DNA of 64,000 nucleotides from an uncultured Thermoleophilia bacterium (GCA_963736645.1 CAVTPJ010000004.1:154663-218662), one strand, 5' to 3'. Positions 1 through 10,812 are shown, numbered from the stretch's first letter. Notes: generated by a model from the sequence alone, not told the origin. Program-made: numbers and translations.

Positions 1-361
1 GCCACGCCCGGGCAGACCGCCGCCGCACCCGACTCCGGTGCGAGCAGCGCTCAGCCGTCGTCACGAGCGTCCGCGGCGAGCCCCGGGACGTCCGCGCCGT
101 CTCCCTCGCCTTCGGGCACGCCTCGTGGCGCCCGCCTCGCCCGCGGCGGTCCCGGGACCCGCACCGGACGATACGCTTCTCGGCGTCGCGATCGAGTCGG
201 CAACGCCTTCGCCGACGGAGACGCCGCCGGCGCACGCGACGGCGTCCCCTTCGGCCCCTCCGTCCCTCTCGCCTTCGCCCTCGCCGTCGCCCTCGCCGGA
301 CGGAAGCCCGTCGCCGCAGCCCGGAGCGTCGGCCACGCCGGCACCCTCCGCCTCGCCCTGA
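1..361 (+). CDS. 3' end of a Pro/Ser/Ala-rich protein (partial, probably frameshifted)
   Basis: Low-complexity SPSPSP tail ending at TGA 359-361; the start lies outside the window. Confidence 0.45.
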   Translation, partial: PRPGRPPPHPTPVRAALSRRHERPRRAPGRPRRLPRLRARLVAPASPAAVPGPAPDDTLLGVAIESATPSPTETPPAHATASPSAPPSLSPSPSPSPSPDGSPSPQPGASATPAPSASP

Positions 362-453
362 CGCCCGCCCGGGCGGGCGGCGCCTGCAACGGACACGGCG
401 CACGCGCGGTATACGATGTGCCCGACAGATCCGAGTGACCGGGAGGTGACCAC

Positions 454-1845
454 GTGGCGCTTCAGCATCCCAAAGGACCGTACGCGCGCGCCCGGAAGGC
501 GGTTACAGACGAGGTCTTCAGCGCCGAGACCGCGCGCGTCCCGCAACACGAGCTGCCCGCGGGCGAGACGCGCGGCGAGGTCGCCTACCAGATCGTGCAC
601 GACGAGCTCATGCTGGACGGCAACGCCCGTCTCAACCTCGCCACGTTCGTCACGACGTACATGGACCCGTTCGCCGACCGGCTCATGGCGGAGACGCTCG
701 ACAAGAACATGATCGACAAGGACGAGTACCCGCAGACGGCGGCGATGGAGATGCGTTGCGTCAACATGCTGAGCCACCTCTTCCACTCTCCGGACAGTAC
801 GAAGGCGACCGGCTGCTCGACGACCGGCTCCAGCGAGGCGGCGATGCTCGGCGGTCTCGCCCTGAAGCGCAAGTGGCAGCAGCGCCGCCGCGCCGAGGGC
901 AAGCCGGCCGAGAGGCCCAACCTCGTGACCGGCATCAACGTCCAGGTCTGTTGGGACAAGTTCGCCAACTACTGGGACGTCGAGATGCGCCTGGTGCCTA
1001 TGGAGGGCGACCGCTATCACCTCTCGCCGGAGGAGGCGGTCAAGCTCTGCGACGAGAACACCATCGGGGTCGTGGTCGTGGTGGGCTCGACCTTCGACGG
1101 CAGCTACGAGGACGTCAAGAAGATGTCCGAACTCCTCGACGACCTGCAGGAGCGCACGGGCCTGGATATCCCCATCCACGTGGACGGCGCCTCCGGCGCG
1201 TTCGTCGCGCCGTTCCTCGACCCGGACCTCGAGTGGGACTTCCGCGTCTCCCGGGTGCAGTCGATCAACGCATCCGGCCACAAGTACGGTCTCGTCTATC
1301 CCGGCGTCGGCTGGGCGATCTGGCGCGACGCGGAAGCGCTGCCCGAGGACCTGATCTTCTGGGTCAACTACCTCGGTGACGAGATGCCCACCTTCGCGCT
1401 CAACTTCTCGAGGCCCGGCGCGCAGGTCGTGGCCCAGTACTACACCTTCCTCCGCCTGGGGTTCGATGGCTACCGGCGCGTGCAGGGATTCTCGCGTGAC
1501 GTGGCGGTGTACACGGCGGGGGAGATCGAGAGGATCGGCCCGTTCGAGCTGCTCACCCGCGGCGACCAGCTGCCGGTCTTCGCCTTCAAGCTCAAGGACG
1601 AGGTCACGAACTACACGGTGTTCGACGTCTCCGCGGCGCTTCGCGAACGCGGGTGGCAGGTGCCGGCGTACACCTTCCCCAAGAATCGGGAGGACCTCGC
1701 GGCGCTGCGCGTCGTCGTGCGCCGCGGCTTCACCTTCGACGTGGCCGACATGCTGCTCGCCGACCTGCGCAAGCAGGTCGGTCGGCTTGAGAAGCTGCCT
1801 GCGCCACTCGTCCCGAGAGATCAGGGCGGCGGGTTCCACCACTAG
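454..1845 (+). CDS. gadB: Glutamate decarboxylase (PLP-dependent)
   Basis: 463 aa; motifs NLATF, KNMIDKDEYP, GSSEA, HVDGASG and SINASGHKYG (PLP lysine); GGAGG RBS. Confidence 0.95.
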   Translation: MALQHPKGPYARARKAVTDEVFSAETARVPQHELPAGETRGEVAYQIVHDELMLDGNARLNLATFVTTYMDPFADRLMAETLDKNMIDKDEYPQTAAMEMRCVNMLSHLFHSPDSTKATGCSTTGSSEAAMLGGLALKRKWQQRRRAEGKPAERPNLVTGINVQVCWDKFANYWDVEMRLVPMEGDRYHLSPEEAVKLCDENTIGVVVVVGSTFDGSYEDVKKMSELLDDLQERTGLDIPIHVDGASGAFVAPFLDPDLEWDFRVSRVQSINASGHKYGLVYPGVGWAIWRDAEALPEDLIFWVNYLGDEMPTFALNFSRPGAQVVAQYYTFLRLGFDGYRRVQGFSRDVAVYTAGEIERIGPFELLTRGDQLPVFAFKLKDEVTNYTVFDVSAALRERGWQVPAYTFPKNREDLAALRVVVRRGFTFDVADMLLADLRKQVGRLEKLPAPLVPRDQGGGFHH

Positions 1846-1927
1846 CCGCGGAGAGAGGCGACGGCGGGCGATGCGGTATCATCCCGCCTGCCCGCCGTTG
1901 CCCATCCGAACAGGAGCGTCGCCCGAC

Positions 1928-2260
1928 ATGTGGACCATCCTCATCTTCATCGTCCTCGGCATGGTGGCCGGCTGGGCTGCCAGCCTGCTGATCCGCCACG
2001 ACATGCACCCCAACGACTGGCTGGCCCTGTTCATCATCGGTGTCGCCGGCTCGCTCATCGCCGGCATCGTCGTCAATCTGGCCATGGGCGAGGGACTCAA
2101 GATCCGCCCCGGCGGCCTCATCGGCTCCATCGCGGTGTCCTGCCTTCTGCTCTGGCTGTACACGCGCCGCAACAACCAGGTCCACGCGCGCCGCAAGACG
2201 ACCGCCGAAGGGAATCACCGCGAGCGCAAGGGCGGCAGGAAACACCACACCAAGCGGTAG
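1928..2260 (+). CDS. GlsB/YeaQ/YmgE (transglycosylase-associated) membrane protein
   Basis: MWTILIFIVLGMVAGWAA...GVAGSLIAG pattern, 3 TM helices, AGGAG RBS. Confidence 0.8.
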   Translation: MWTILIFIVLGMVAGWAASLLIRHDMHPNDWLALFIIGVAGSLIAGIVVNLAMGEGLKIRPGGLIGSIAVSCLLLWLYTRRNNQVHARRKTTAEGNHRERKGGRKHHTKR

Positions 2261-2299
2261 CGGAGGCCCGCGCCCATGGGGGTCCTCCATACTGGGCGC

Positions 2300-3678
2300 A
2301 TGACGCGCGTCTCGATCGTCGTCGCGAATCGCGAGCAGTTCCCGGAGCCGGCCTTCCCGGTGGGGGCGCTGTATGTCGCCGGGGCGGTCGAGGCCGCCGG
2401 CGGTCGGGCCCGCGTCTTCGACGCGGGCCTTCACCGGCGGCCCGTCGCGGCGCTGCGCGCCGACCTGACCGCCTCGCGGCCGGACGTCGTCGGCATCTCC
2501 CTGCGTAACGCCGACAACGCCGCCTGGCCCTGCACGCGCACGTACACGGACTGGTACGCGCGCGTGGTGGCCGCCGTGCGGCAGGCCGCGCCGGAGGCGC
2601 GGCTCGTCCTCGGCGGCCCTGCCTTCTCGATCTTCCCGCGGGAGCTGCGGCGGGCGCTGCTCGTCGCGGACGGCATCATGGGCGACGGTGAGGTCGCGGC
2701 GCAGCTGCTCGCGGGGGGCCGTCTGCCGGCGGGCGTCTCGGAGCTGCCCCTCGAGGACCTCGGAGGCGTGCGTCTGCCCGGCGACCTCGCCGCGGTCTTC
2801 GCGAGCGCCGGACGCTACCGCACCGCCGGCGTGCAGACCGCCCGTGGGTGCCCGCACCGCTGCATCTACTGCACCTACCCCCGTCTCGAGGGCGCGCGCC
2901 TGCGGCGGCGCCCTCCGGAGGCCGTCGCCGACGAGATGGAGCGTCTGCGCCTCGAGCTGGGCGTCACCGAGCAGTTCATCGTCGACTCCTCGTTCAACGC
3001 CGACGAGGAGCACATGGCGGCGGTCTGCGAGGAGCTCCGTCGACGGCGCGGCCGGCCCGGCGCTCGCTCTGGCGGACGTGAGCTTCTCCTGCTACCTGCA
3101 GCCGCGCGTCGGCGATCGGGACGTGTTCGGACTGCTGCGCGCCGCCGGCTGCACCTCCGTCGACCTCGGTGTCGACTCCGCCGCCGAGGCACTGCTGCCG
3201 GGCCTCGGCAAGTCCTTCACGGTGGCCGATCTGAGGCTGGCGACCTCGGCGGCGAAGGCGGCGGGTCTGGACGTGTGCCATTCGCTGCTCTTCGGCGGAC
3301 CGGGGGAGACGCCGTCGACCGTGGACGAGACGGTGCGCGTGACCGACGAACTGGCGCCGACCGCGGTCGTCGCCATGGTCGGCCTGCGGATCTACCCGGG
3401 CACGGCGCTCGCCGGTCTGGCCCGCTCCGCCGGCGTCATCGGCGAGCGGGAGCCGCTGCTCGAGCCGCGGTTCTACGCCGCCGGCCGGCTCGCCGGCGAC
3501 CCGGAGACGGCGTGGCTGCCGCGGCGGGTGCGCGACGCGGCGGCGACGCGCCGCAGCTGGTTCCTGCCCGGTGCCAGGGACTGGAGCGCGGCCTGGGGGC
3601 CTCGGCTGCTGCGACGCCTCGGCAAGCCCGGGCCGCTGTGGCGCAACTTCCCGCGGCCGCGCTGGTACCGCTACGTCG
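2300..3678 (+). CDS. Cobalamin-binding radical SAM protein (frameshift ~3050; native stop apparently lost)
   Basis: B12-binding N-terminus (GISLRNADN, LGGPAFS), QTARGCPHRCIYC (CxxxCxxC); C-terminal half continues in the 2688..4214 frame to RWYRYV. Confidence 0.85.
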
Positions 3679-3679
3679 C

Positions 3680-4690
3680 TCGTCGCCCCGGCATCGCTCG
3701 CCGCGCACGGCGCGCCCGATCTCGTGCTCACGCTCTACGACAACACGCCCGGCCACCAGGGCCCGTACGACGTGCCGTTCTGGAAGGAGTACGTCGGCGC
3801 CCACTCCGACATCTACATCGGCTGGGACAACCTCGCGTCCTCGCCGGACTCGGTGCAGCAGGACCAGACGATCACGGCCGACCAGGTCGACTACATGGGC
3901 CAGGAGTTCGACGCGCGTATCTGGGAGAGCGACGTCTTCCACTTCGGCAACTACAAGTCTCGCTCGCCGCGTCCGGATATCGACGGCAAGCGCGCGGCGA
4001 TCTTCGTCCACAACATCCGCGACGACGCCTACTGGGGCCCGTACCGCTTCTACATCGCCGGGTACTTCAGCTCCGGGCCTCAACGATCTGCTGCAGCTCA
4101 ACGCCATCTTCATCGACTCGTTCAACTGGAAGGACCGCACCGGAGTCAACACGACGACCCCGTCGCTCTCCTATCTGTACCTCCAGCTCAACGGCCCCGA
4201 CTCGGACAACATGACCGTCGACCAGGGGATCGCCTTCTACGAGTCCAACGTGAACGGCAACATGCCGCCGACGCGCAAGAACGTGCGCCGGCTCACCGTC
4301 ACGGAGCCTTGGGGCGCGTACTACCGCACGTTCGGCGGCACGCAGCCCGGCTTCACCATGAGCTTCACCGGCTCCGCCCAGGACGGCATCAAGGCCTACA
4401 GCGGTACCTACGAGTGGTACTCGGGCATGGGCAACATGCTGCAGCGCACGCTCGAGCGCACGCTCACCGGCGTCCCGGCCGGCGCCACGCTGAGCTTCCA
4501 GACCTGGTTCGACATCGAGCCGGATTGGGACTACGGCAACGTCGAGGCCTCCACCGACGGCGTCACCTGGACCAAGCTCGCACAGCTCACCACCCTCCCG
4601 GTGGGCGTCAGCAACCTGAACGGCTCGACGGCCTGGGACAGCCCCGGCGGCTTCACGGGCACGTCCGGCGGCTGGCAGCAGGCTGAGCTG
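3680..4690 (+). pseudogene. Internal fragment of an immune inhibitor A/M6-like secreted peptidase gene
   Basis: HNIRDDAYW...IAGYFSS, IDSFNWKDRTG and WFDIEPDWDYGNVEASTDG...TGTSGGW motifs; no start, no stop and no HEXXH. Confidence 0.65.
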
Positions 4691-4701
4691 CGGGCGCCGA
4701 C

Positions 4702-5475
4702 TCAGCCGTCCGCGGCGGCGACCGGCGCGCCGCCGCAGACCGGACAGGCGAGCATGCCGAGCGGCCGCTCGAGTCCGCCGGCCGCGAGCAGGACGTCGTC
4801 GCGGAACACGTCGGCGGTCGGCCGGTCGGCGAGCACACGGCCGCCGCCCATCACGATGGTCCGCTCGCACAGCTGGGCGGCGAGGTCGAGGTCGTGGGTC
4901 GCGATGATGCGCGTGTGCTCGAACCCCTCGAGCAGGCCGATCAGGCGGCGGCGCGCCTGCGGATCGAGGCCGCTCGAGGGCTCGTCCATGACGAGGATGT
5001 TCGGTTCCATGGCGAGGACGGTGGCGATGGCGACGGCCCGCTTCTCGCCGCCGGACAGGCGGTAGGGCGGCCGCTCGGCGAGGTGCCCGGCGCCGACGCG
5101 GTCGAGGGCGCGGGCGACGCGCGCCGCCACGTCCTCCGGCGAGAGCCCGAGGTTGAGCGGACCGAACCCAACGTCCTCGGCGACGGTCGGCATGAAGAGC
5201 TGGTCGTCCGGGTCCTGGAAGACCATGCCGACCGTGCGGCGGATGTCGGGCAGCGTGCTCTTCGTCACGGGGATACCGCCGATGTCGACGCTTCCGTGGG
5301 CCGGCGTGAGCAGGCCGTTCAGGTGCAGCAGCAGCGTCGACTTGCCGGCGCCGTTGGCGCCGACGACGGCGATCGCCTCACCGTGACCGGCCTCGAGGGA
5401 CACGCCGTCCAGCGCCTTGGTCCCGTCCGGGTAGGAGAAGCTGAGATCGCGGACGCTGATCGTGTGATGGCTCAT
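4702..5475 (-). CDS. cbiO: ECF transporter ATPase (Co/Ni)
   Basis: Walker A GANGAGKST, Q-loop FQDPDDQLF, signature LSGGEK, Walker B LVMDEP. Confidence 0.92.
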   Translation of the reverse strand: MSHHTISVRDLSFSYPDGTKALDGVSLEAGHGEAIAVVGANGAGKSTLLLHLNGLLTPAHGSVDIGGIPVTKSTLPDIRRTVGMVFQDPDDQLFMPTVAEDVGFGPLNLGLSPEDVAARVARALDRVGAGHLAERPPYRLSGGEKRAVAIATVLAMEPNILVMDEPSSGLDPQARRRLIGLLEGFEHTRIIATHDLDLAAQLCERTIVMGGGRVLADRPTADVFRDDVLLAAGGLERPLGMLACPVCGGAPVAAADG

Positions 5476-6284
5476 CAGGACAGTCCCGTGAGGAGACGGC
5501 CGACGGCGAGCGGCACGTCGACGAGGCGGAAGACGACGAAGGCGGCCGACCAGAGGAGCGTGAAGGCGAGGTCGGCCGCCCCGAAGCGCAGCCGCCGCGC
5601 GACGCGGATCTCGCCGTCGAACCCGCGCGACTTCATCGCCAGGTAGATGCGCTGCGCGCGGGCGAAGGCGCGCAGCAGCAGCTGCCCCAGCATCTGGCCG
5701 TAGATGCGCCAGCCCATGCCGCGGCGCCCGAAGCTGCGCAGGCGCCGCGCCTGCCCCATGCGCCCCGCCTCGTCGCCGAGCACGAAGATGTAGCGGAACA
5801 GCAGCAGGAGCTGAGTGACGAGCACATCCGGGACCTTGAGCTTCTCCAGGGCCAGACAGATGCCGGTGAAGCCCGTTGTCGCGGTGAGCACGAGGGCCGC
5901 CGCCACCGTGAGCAGAAAGCGCGCGATGATGGAGGCGAAGGAGACCCAGCCACCGGCCACGCCGACGGATCCGACGTAGGCGACGACCTCCTGGTCGAAG
6001 AGCGGATTGAAGGCGGCCATGACAAGGGCGAACGGCGACGCCATGAGCAGGAGCTTGCCCAGGAACCCGAGTGGGAGACCGCCCTCCGTCGCCAGCACGA
6101 CCGGGAAGACGGCGAACGGCAGCAGGCCGAGCAGCTCGTACTTGCCGTAGGAGACGACGCAGACGATGAAGACGGCCGTCGTGACGACCTTGGCGCGAGG
6201 ATCGACGCGATGCACCGGGGTGTCGCGCCGCGCCAAGCGGTCGAGCCGGTCGAGCGCGGTAAGGCCGGAGGCGACCGAGGACAC
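5475..6284 (-). CDS. cbiQ: ECF transporter T component (Co/Ni)
   Basis: DPRAK, LLFRYIFVL, ARRLRS and AMKSRGF motifs; overlaps the cbiO start. Confidence 0.92.
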   Translation of the reverse strand: MSSVASGLTALDRLDRLARRDTPVHRVDPRAKVVTTAVFIVCVVSYGKYELLGLLPFAVFPVVLATEGGLPLGFLGKLLLMASPFALVMAAFNPLFDQEVVAYVGSVGVAGGWVSFASIIARFLLTVAAALVLTATTGFTGICLALEKLKVPDVLVTQLLLLFRYIFVLGDEAGRMGQARRLRSFGRRGMGWRIYGQMLGQLLLRAFARAQRIYLAMKSRGFDGEIRVARRLRFGAADLAFTLLWSAAFVVFRLVDVPLAVGRLLTGLS

Positions 6285-6296
6285 GTCTCGCCGGCC

Positions 6297-6713
6297 CTAC
6301 GCGATCTCGCCCGTGGTGGTGGCCACGAACCTGCCGTGCTTGACCCCTTTGGTGCCGATGAGCGCGTCGGCGATGCGCTTGATCTCCCGCGCGACGCCGC
6401 GCAACACCACGACCTCGAGGCAGTAGACGGCGTCGAGGTGGACGTGCAGGGTCGAGACGATCTCCTCGTGGTGCGTGTGCTGGTGGTCGGTGAGCTTGTC
6501 GGCGAGGTCGTGGGAGTGGTGGTCGTACACCAGGGTGACGGTCCCCATGGCCTCGGCGTCGCCGGCGTCCCACTGGTCTTCGACGAGCGCGCCGCGGATG
6601 AGGTCGCGAAGCGCCTCCGAGCGGTTCACGTACGCCTTCTCGGCGATGAGCTCGTCGAAGCGTTCGAGCAGGCGCTCGTCGATCGAGACGCCGAAGCGGA
6701 CGAGATCGGTCAC
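6297..6713 (-). CDS. nikR: Nickel-responsive regulator
   Basis: RFGVSID...[11 protein letters not shown] ribbon-helix-helix; VYDHH, HVHLD and CLEV Ni-binding motifs. Confidence 0.95.
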   Translation of the reverse strand: MTDLVRFGVSIDERLLERFDELIAEKAYVNRSEALRDLIRGALVEDQWDAGDAEAMGTVTLVYDHHSHDLADKLTDHQHTHHEEIVSTLHVHLDAVYCLEVVVLRGVAREIKRIADALIGTKGVKHGRFVATTTGEIA

Positions 6714-6856
6714 GGCGCTCCTCCCTTCTCGCGGTCGCGGTGCGCCCCGCGACAGACGCCGGTACGGCACGTCTCGCGCCGCCGGCGGAAGAGGCGTGGC
6801 GCCACCCGCACGTTCCTTGACGCTCGCTGCAGGCAGACCTACAGTGGGAGTCCACA

Positions 6857-6883
6857 GTAGCACGAGTTTGGATTCCGTGGCAC
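6857..6883. promoter_or_regulatory. Putative NikR operator (GTGCCAC-N13-GTGCTAC on the minus strand)
   Basis: Plus strand reads GTAGCAC-N13-GTGGCAC between divergent nikR and cbiM; resembles the Geobacter/deltaproteobacterial NikR site. Confidence 0.7.
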
Positions 6884-6935
6884 CATCTCGCTCCACGTGC
6901 TCCCGGCTCCGGCTCTCCCGAAAGGACCTCGCTCC

Positions 6936-7910
6936 GTGCACATGGCCGACGCCCTGATCTCTCCCGCCGTCGGCGCAGCGATGTGGGGAGCCACGGGCGT
7001 CGTGGTCGCGTACAGCGCGCGCAAGGTGCGCGACGACCTGGACGAGAGCAAGATCCCGCTGATGGGCGTCGCCGGCGCCTTCGTCTTCGCCGCCCAGATG
7101 GTCAACTTCGCCATCCCCGGCACGGGATCGAGCGGACACCTCGGCGGCGCGCTGCTCCTCGCCATCCTGCTGGGGCCGGAGGCCGCCTTCCTCGTGATGG
7201 CGTCCATCCTGGGCGTCCAGGCGCTGTTCTTCGCCGACGGCGGGCTGCTCGCGCTCGGCTGCAACATCTTCAACCTCGGCTTCTTCCCGGCGTTCGTGGC
7301 CTACCCGCTGGTGTACCGCAGGGTCGTCGGGCACGGGCCGGACCTGCGCACCGGCCGCGTGTTCACCGGCTCACTGCTGGCAGCGGTCGTGGGGCTCCAG
7401 CTCGGCGCCCTCGCGGTGGTGCTCGAGACGACCGCCTCCGGGGTCAGCGACCTCCCCTTCTCGACGTTCCTGCTGCTCATGCAGCCGATCCACCTCTTCA
7501 TCGGCCTCGCGGAGGGGCTGGTCACGGCCGTCGTCGTGCTCTTCGTCTACCGGGCGCAGCCCGAGCTGCTCTCGCGAAGCGCCGTGAGGCGCTCGCTGCG
7601 AGGGCTGCGCCTCTGGCCGGTCGTCCTGGCGTTCGCCGTGGCGGCGCTGGTCGCGGGCGCCGGACTCGCTCGCCTGGCGTCCACGCGGCCAGACGGTCTC
7701 GAGTGGTCGATCGCCGGCGCGGAGCCCGCGGCTGCGCCGGGCCATGGCGGTGCGGCTCTCGTGACTACCTCCGGTCTGCTCGGTGCGGCGGTCGTCGCGG
7801 CCGGGGTGGTGCTCACGGGCGTCGTCCTGCATCGTCGCGCCGCGCGGCGCAGCGCGCGGGCGAGAGACAACACCCCGGCGACAGGCGTGAGCCCAGGCCC
7901 GGGCGGGTAG
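6936..7910 (+). CDS. cbiM: ECF substrate component CbiM/NikM fused to a PDGLE (NikN-like) domain
   Basis: [10 protein letters not shown] metal-binding N-terminus from GTG 6936; GSSGHLGG; C-terminal PDGLEW. Confidence 0.92.
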   Translation: MHMADALISPAVGAAMWGATGVVVAYSARKVRDDLDESKIPLMGVAGAFVFAAQMVNFAIPGTGSSGHLGGALLLAILLGPEAAFLVMASILGVQALFFADGGLLALGCNIFNLGFFPAFVAYPLVYRRVVGHGPDLRTGRVFTGSLLAAVVGLQLGALAVVLETTASGVSDLPFSTFLLLMQPIHLFIGLAEGLVTAVVVLFVYRAQPELLSRSAVRRSLRGLRLWPVVLAFAVAALVAGAGLARLASTRPDGLEWSIAGAEPAAAPGHGGAALVTTSGLLGAAVVAAGVVLTGVVLHRRAARRSARARDNTPATGVSPGPGG

Positions 7911-7920
7911 GGACAGGCGC

Positions 7921-8889
7921 ATGAAGACGTTCGTCACAGGCGGCGGGGGGTTCCTCGGCTCTGCCGTGGTCTCCCGTCTGGTCGCCCGCGGCGACGAGGT
8001 GCTGGGCCTGGCGCGGTCGGAGGCCGCGGCGGGCAGGCTGACTCGTCTCGGCGCCATCCCGCTGCGCGGCGACATCGTCGACGCGGGGCTGCTCGGTGTC
8101 GCCATGAGCGGCGCCGAGGCGGTGCTCCACATCGCCGGCGACTACCGCGTCGGCATCAAGGAGTCGGAGCACGAGACGATGTTCCGCACCAACGTGGACG
8201 GCGCCGTCACGGTGCTCGACGCCGCCGTGTCCGCATCCGTGGGACGTATCGTCTACGTCTCGACCGTGACGGTCTTCGGCAACACGCGCGGGAAGGTCGT
8301 CGACGAGACGTACGAGCGGCCCGACCGCGACTTCCTCAGCTACTACGACGCGACCAAGTACATGGGCCACCGCGTCGCCGTGGCTCGCGCGGCCGCCGGG
8401 GCGCCGCTGGTGATCGTGCAGCCCGGCGCCGTCTACGGACCCGGTGACGGCAGCGAACTCGGCGCGCAGATAGAACGGGCGGCGCGCGGCAAGCACCGGC
8501 TGCGCGCGTTCCCCGAGCTCGGCTTGACGATGAGCTACGTCGACGATGTCGCCGACGGCATGGTGCTCGCCCTGACGAAGGGTAGACCGGGCGAGTCGTA
8601 CATCCTCGGCGGAGAGGTGACACGTCTCGGCGACGTCGTCGACCGCGTCGCCGACCTCACCGGCAACAAGAGGGCGCGCGTGAAGGTGCCGTCGCCGGCG
8701 ATCAGGCTCGTGGAGCCGTTCGGACCCCTCGCCGGCCGGTGGACCGGCGCCGGCCCGAACCTGCATGAGGTCGTGCGCGCCAGCAAGGGCGTCACCTACT
8801 GGGCCACGAGCGCCAAGGCGGAGCGGGAGCTCGGGTACGCCCCGCGGAGCCTTGACGAGGGGCTTCGCGACCTTCTCGCCGCGCGCTGA
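7921..8889 (+). CDS. NAD-dependent epimerase/dehydratase (extended SDR)
   Basis: TGGGGFLG and YDATK (YxxxK). Confidence 0.9.
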   Translation: MKTFVTGGGGFLGSAVVSRLVARGDEVLGLARSEAAAGRLTRLGAIPLRGDIVDAGLLGVAMSGAEAVLHIAGDYRVGIKESEHETMFRTNVDGAVTVLDAAVSASVGRIVYVSTVTVFGNTRGKVVDETYERPDRDFLSYYDATKYMGHRVAVARAAAGAPLVIVQPGAVYGPGDGSELGAQIERAARGKHRLRAFPELGLTMSYVDDVADGMVLALTKGRPGESYILGGEVTRLGDVVDRVADLTGNKRARVKVPSPAIRLVEPFGPLAGRWTGAGPNLHEVVRASKGVTYWATSAKAERELGYAPRSLDEGLRDLLAAR

Positions 8890-8933
8890 GTGCGCGAGGG
8901 CGGGGCCGGCTGCGCGGCCCGCCCGGCCGCTGC

Positions 8934-9641
8934 CTATCTCGTGAAGTACTCGACGAGCGCCTGCTGCTCGTCCGTCGGGACCGTCGCCCCTCGCTGGATC
9001 ATGTCGTCGATCAGTGCCTGGGCCTCGGCGGCGTCGGCAGCGCGGAAGCCGAGCGCTCTGTCCGCAGGATGACAGCTGCCGCAGCGGGCCGCGATGATCG
9101 CCGTCGCGTCCGTCGTCGAACCCGGGGCTGATGGTGAGGCCGAGGGCACCGGTTCGGGGGTGCCGCCCGAAGCAGCGCGGTTGGCGGCCAGCGAGGCCTC
9201 GTAGCCGGCGACGAGCGTCTGCTTCTCGGCGTCCGTCAGCTTGGCGTCGGGATGGATCAGGGTGTACTGCACCGGCGGCATCTCGCCGTCGATGGCCTCT
9301 CTCAGCTCGGCCACCGACGGCACGCCGGCCCACTCGGAGAAGTTGAAGGCCGCGCGGGCGCCGTCGACATCGTTCTGCACGAGCCAGGACATCGGAGCGA
9401 TGTTGGTGGCCCACCACCACTCCGTCTGGTTGCTGTGGCAGTCGTAGCATGAGGTCTTCGCGATCGTCTCGGCCTTGGGGTCGGTCCACTTGAACGGATT
9501 GGTGGCCGGAGGGTTCGAATGGCTGGCGCGCCCGTAGGGCACGAACTGGATGAGGATGAAGACGACGACGGCGCCGCCGATCGCCCAGAGCAGGATCTGC
9601 TTCCAGGAGCGCCCGCGGCGCCCGGTGGTACCGGCCATCAC
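8934..9641 (-). CDS. Haem-binding domain protein with a second c-type cytochrome domain
   Basis: N-terminal TM; SCYDCHSN...FNFSEW...MPP (Haem_bd) plus a second CGSCH. Confidence 0.8.
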   Translation of the reverse strand: MMAGTTGRRGRSWKQILLWAIGGAVVVFILIQFVPYGRASHSNPPATNPFKWTDPKAETIAKTSCYDCHSNQTEWWWATNIAPMSWLVQNDVDGARAAFNFSEWAGVPSVAELREAIDGEMPPVQYTLIHPDAKLTDAEKQTLVAGYEASLAANRAASGGTPEPVPSASPSAPGSTTDATAIIAARCGSCHPADRALGFRAADAAEAQALIDDMIQRGATVPTDEQQALVEYFTR

Positions 9642-9833
9642 TCTCCCTTTGGGTCGCTGACCATCTGGAGCATACTACTCCTGAAAGCCCGCGCCGCAGC
9701 GTTGCCGCCGCCCCATGGGGTCGTCGCGGGCAGGCCGTCGCGGGCAGGCCGCTTCGGGCTCTATCGGGGCGGGTCGGGTAGGCTCACGGCAGGATGACTC
9801 GGAGGTCGGACGCGCGAGTATGGAGGTCGTGAG

Positions 9834-10523
9834 GTGAGCACGGTGGAGCGCCGTTTCGCCGATGCGCTCACGAAGGCGCGCGCGGACTGGGCCGCCGCGG
9901 ACGCGGCGGCCCGCGCCACGCGCGCCGGCTGCGAGCGCAGTGACGACGGCGTGCTCGTGCCGCTGCTCGGCCGGCCGCACCTGGTGACGCACCCGGGCGG
10001 CGAGGTGACGCCGGCGGAGAGCGGACTCGTCGGGGCGGACCGTCCCGAAGCGGCCACGCCGCCCGCGCACGCGGCCGTCGCCATCCTCGTGCTGCACTAC
10101 CTGCTGACCGCGGACGGCACGCCGGCTTCCGGGACCTGGGCCGCGTACCGCGACTTGCCGGACGGTCTCTTCTACGCGGCGTCGTTCGCCCGCAGGGCGG
10201 AGGAGCCGCTTGCGCGGGCGTTCGCCGGACCGGCGTCGCCGGACTCCCGACCCGCCGGTCTCGACGCCTTTCGCGAGGCCGCGCGGCGGGTGGGCGGCCA
10301 AGCGCTGACGCTGGGCGACGCGTCGTTCCGGTTCGCCGCCCTGCCGCGGCTGGATGTCGCCGTGCTGGTCTGGGCCGGTGACGATGAGGAGCCGGGCGAG
10401 GCCCGCGTGCTGTTCGACGCGAGCGCGGGCCACTACCTCCCGGCCGAGGACCTCGCCGGTCTCGGCGGCCAGCTCGCGCGCCGGCTGGTGGAGGCAGCCC
10501 GCGCCCCTGGCGGCAGCGGCTGA
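9834..10523 (+). CDS. DUF3786-family protein
   Basis: ILVLHYLL, YRDLPDGLFY, LPR...VWAGDDEEPGEARVLFD...LPAED pattern. Confidence 0.8.
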   Translation: MSTVERRFADALTKARADWAAADAAARATRAGCERSDDGVLVPLLGRPHLVTHPGGEVTPAESGLVGADRPEAATPPAHAAVAILVLHYLLTADGTPASGTWAAYRDLPDGLFYAASFARRAEEPLARAFAGPASPDSRPAGLDAFREAARRVGGQALTLGDASFRFAALPRLDVAVLVWAGDDEEPGEARVLFDASAGHYLPAEDLAGLGGQLARRLVEAARAPGGSG

Positions 10524-10548
10524 GCCTCGCTGCGGGTGGGCGAGCCGC

Positions 10549-10812
10549 TCACCGGCGCGGGAACGAGGCGGCCGACCAGCCGACGGCCAGCACGGCGACG
10601 ACGGCCATGCGCACGCCGAACGACCAGTCCGTCTGCCACACCCACAGGCCGACCATCCAGGGTAGGAAGAGGATCCAGACGAGGACCTGCAGCGGCCACC
10701 ACAGGTCGCCCACCCACCGCCACGCCTCGTTGAGCGTGTCCGGAGAGACGAAGGCGAGGGCGATGAAGGCGCCCCACAGGCCGACCATGAGGATGAAGAA
10801 GAGCCGCTTCAC
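10549..10812 (-). CDS. Small Trp-rich membrane protein
   Basis: 87 aa, hydrophobic, LFLPWMVGLWVWQTDW. Confidence 0.65.
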   Translation of the reverse strand: MKRLFFILMVGLWGAFIALAFVSPDTLNEAWRWVGDLWWPLQVLVWILFLPWMVGLWVWQTDWSFGVRMAVVAVLAVGWSAASFPRR

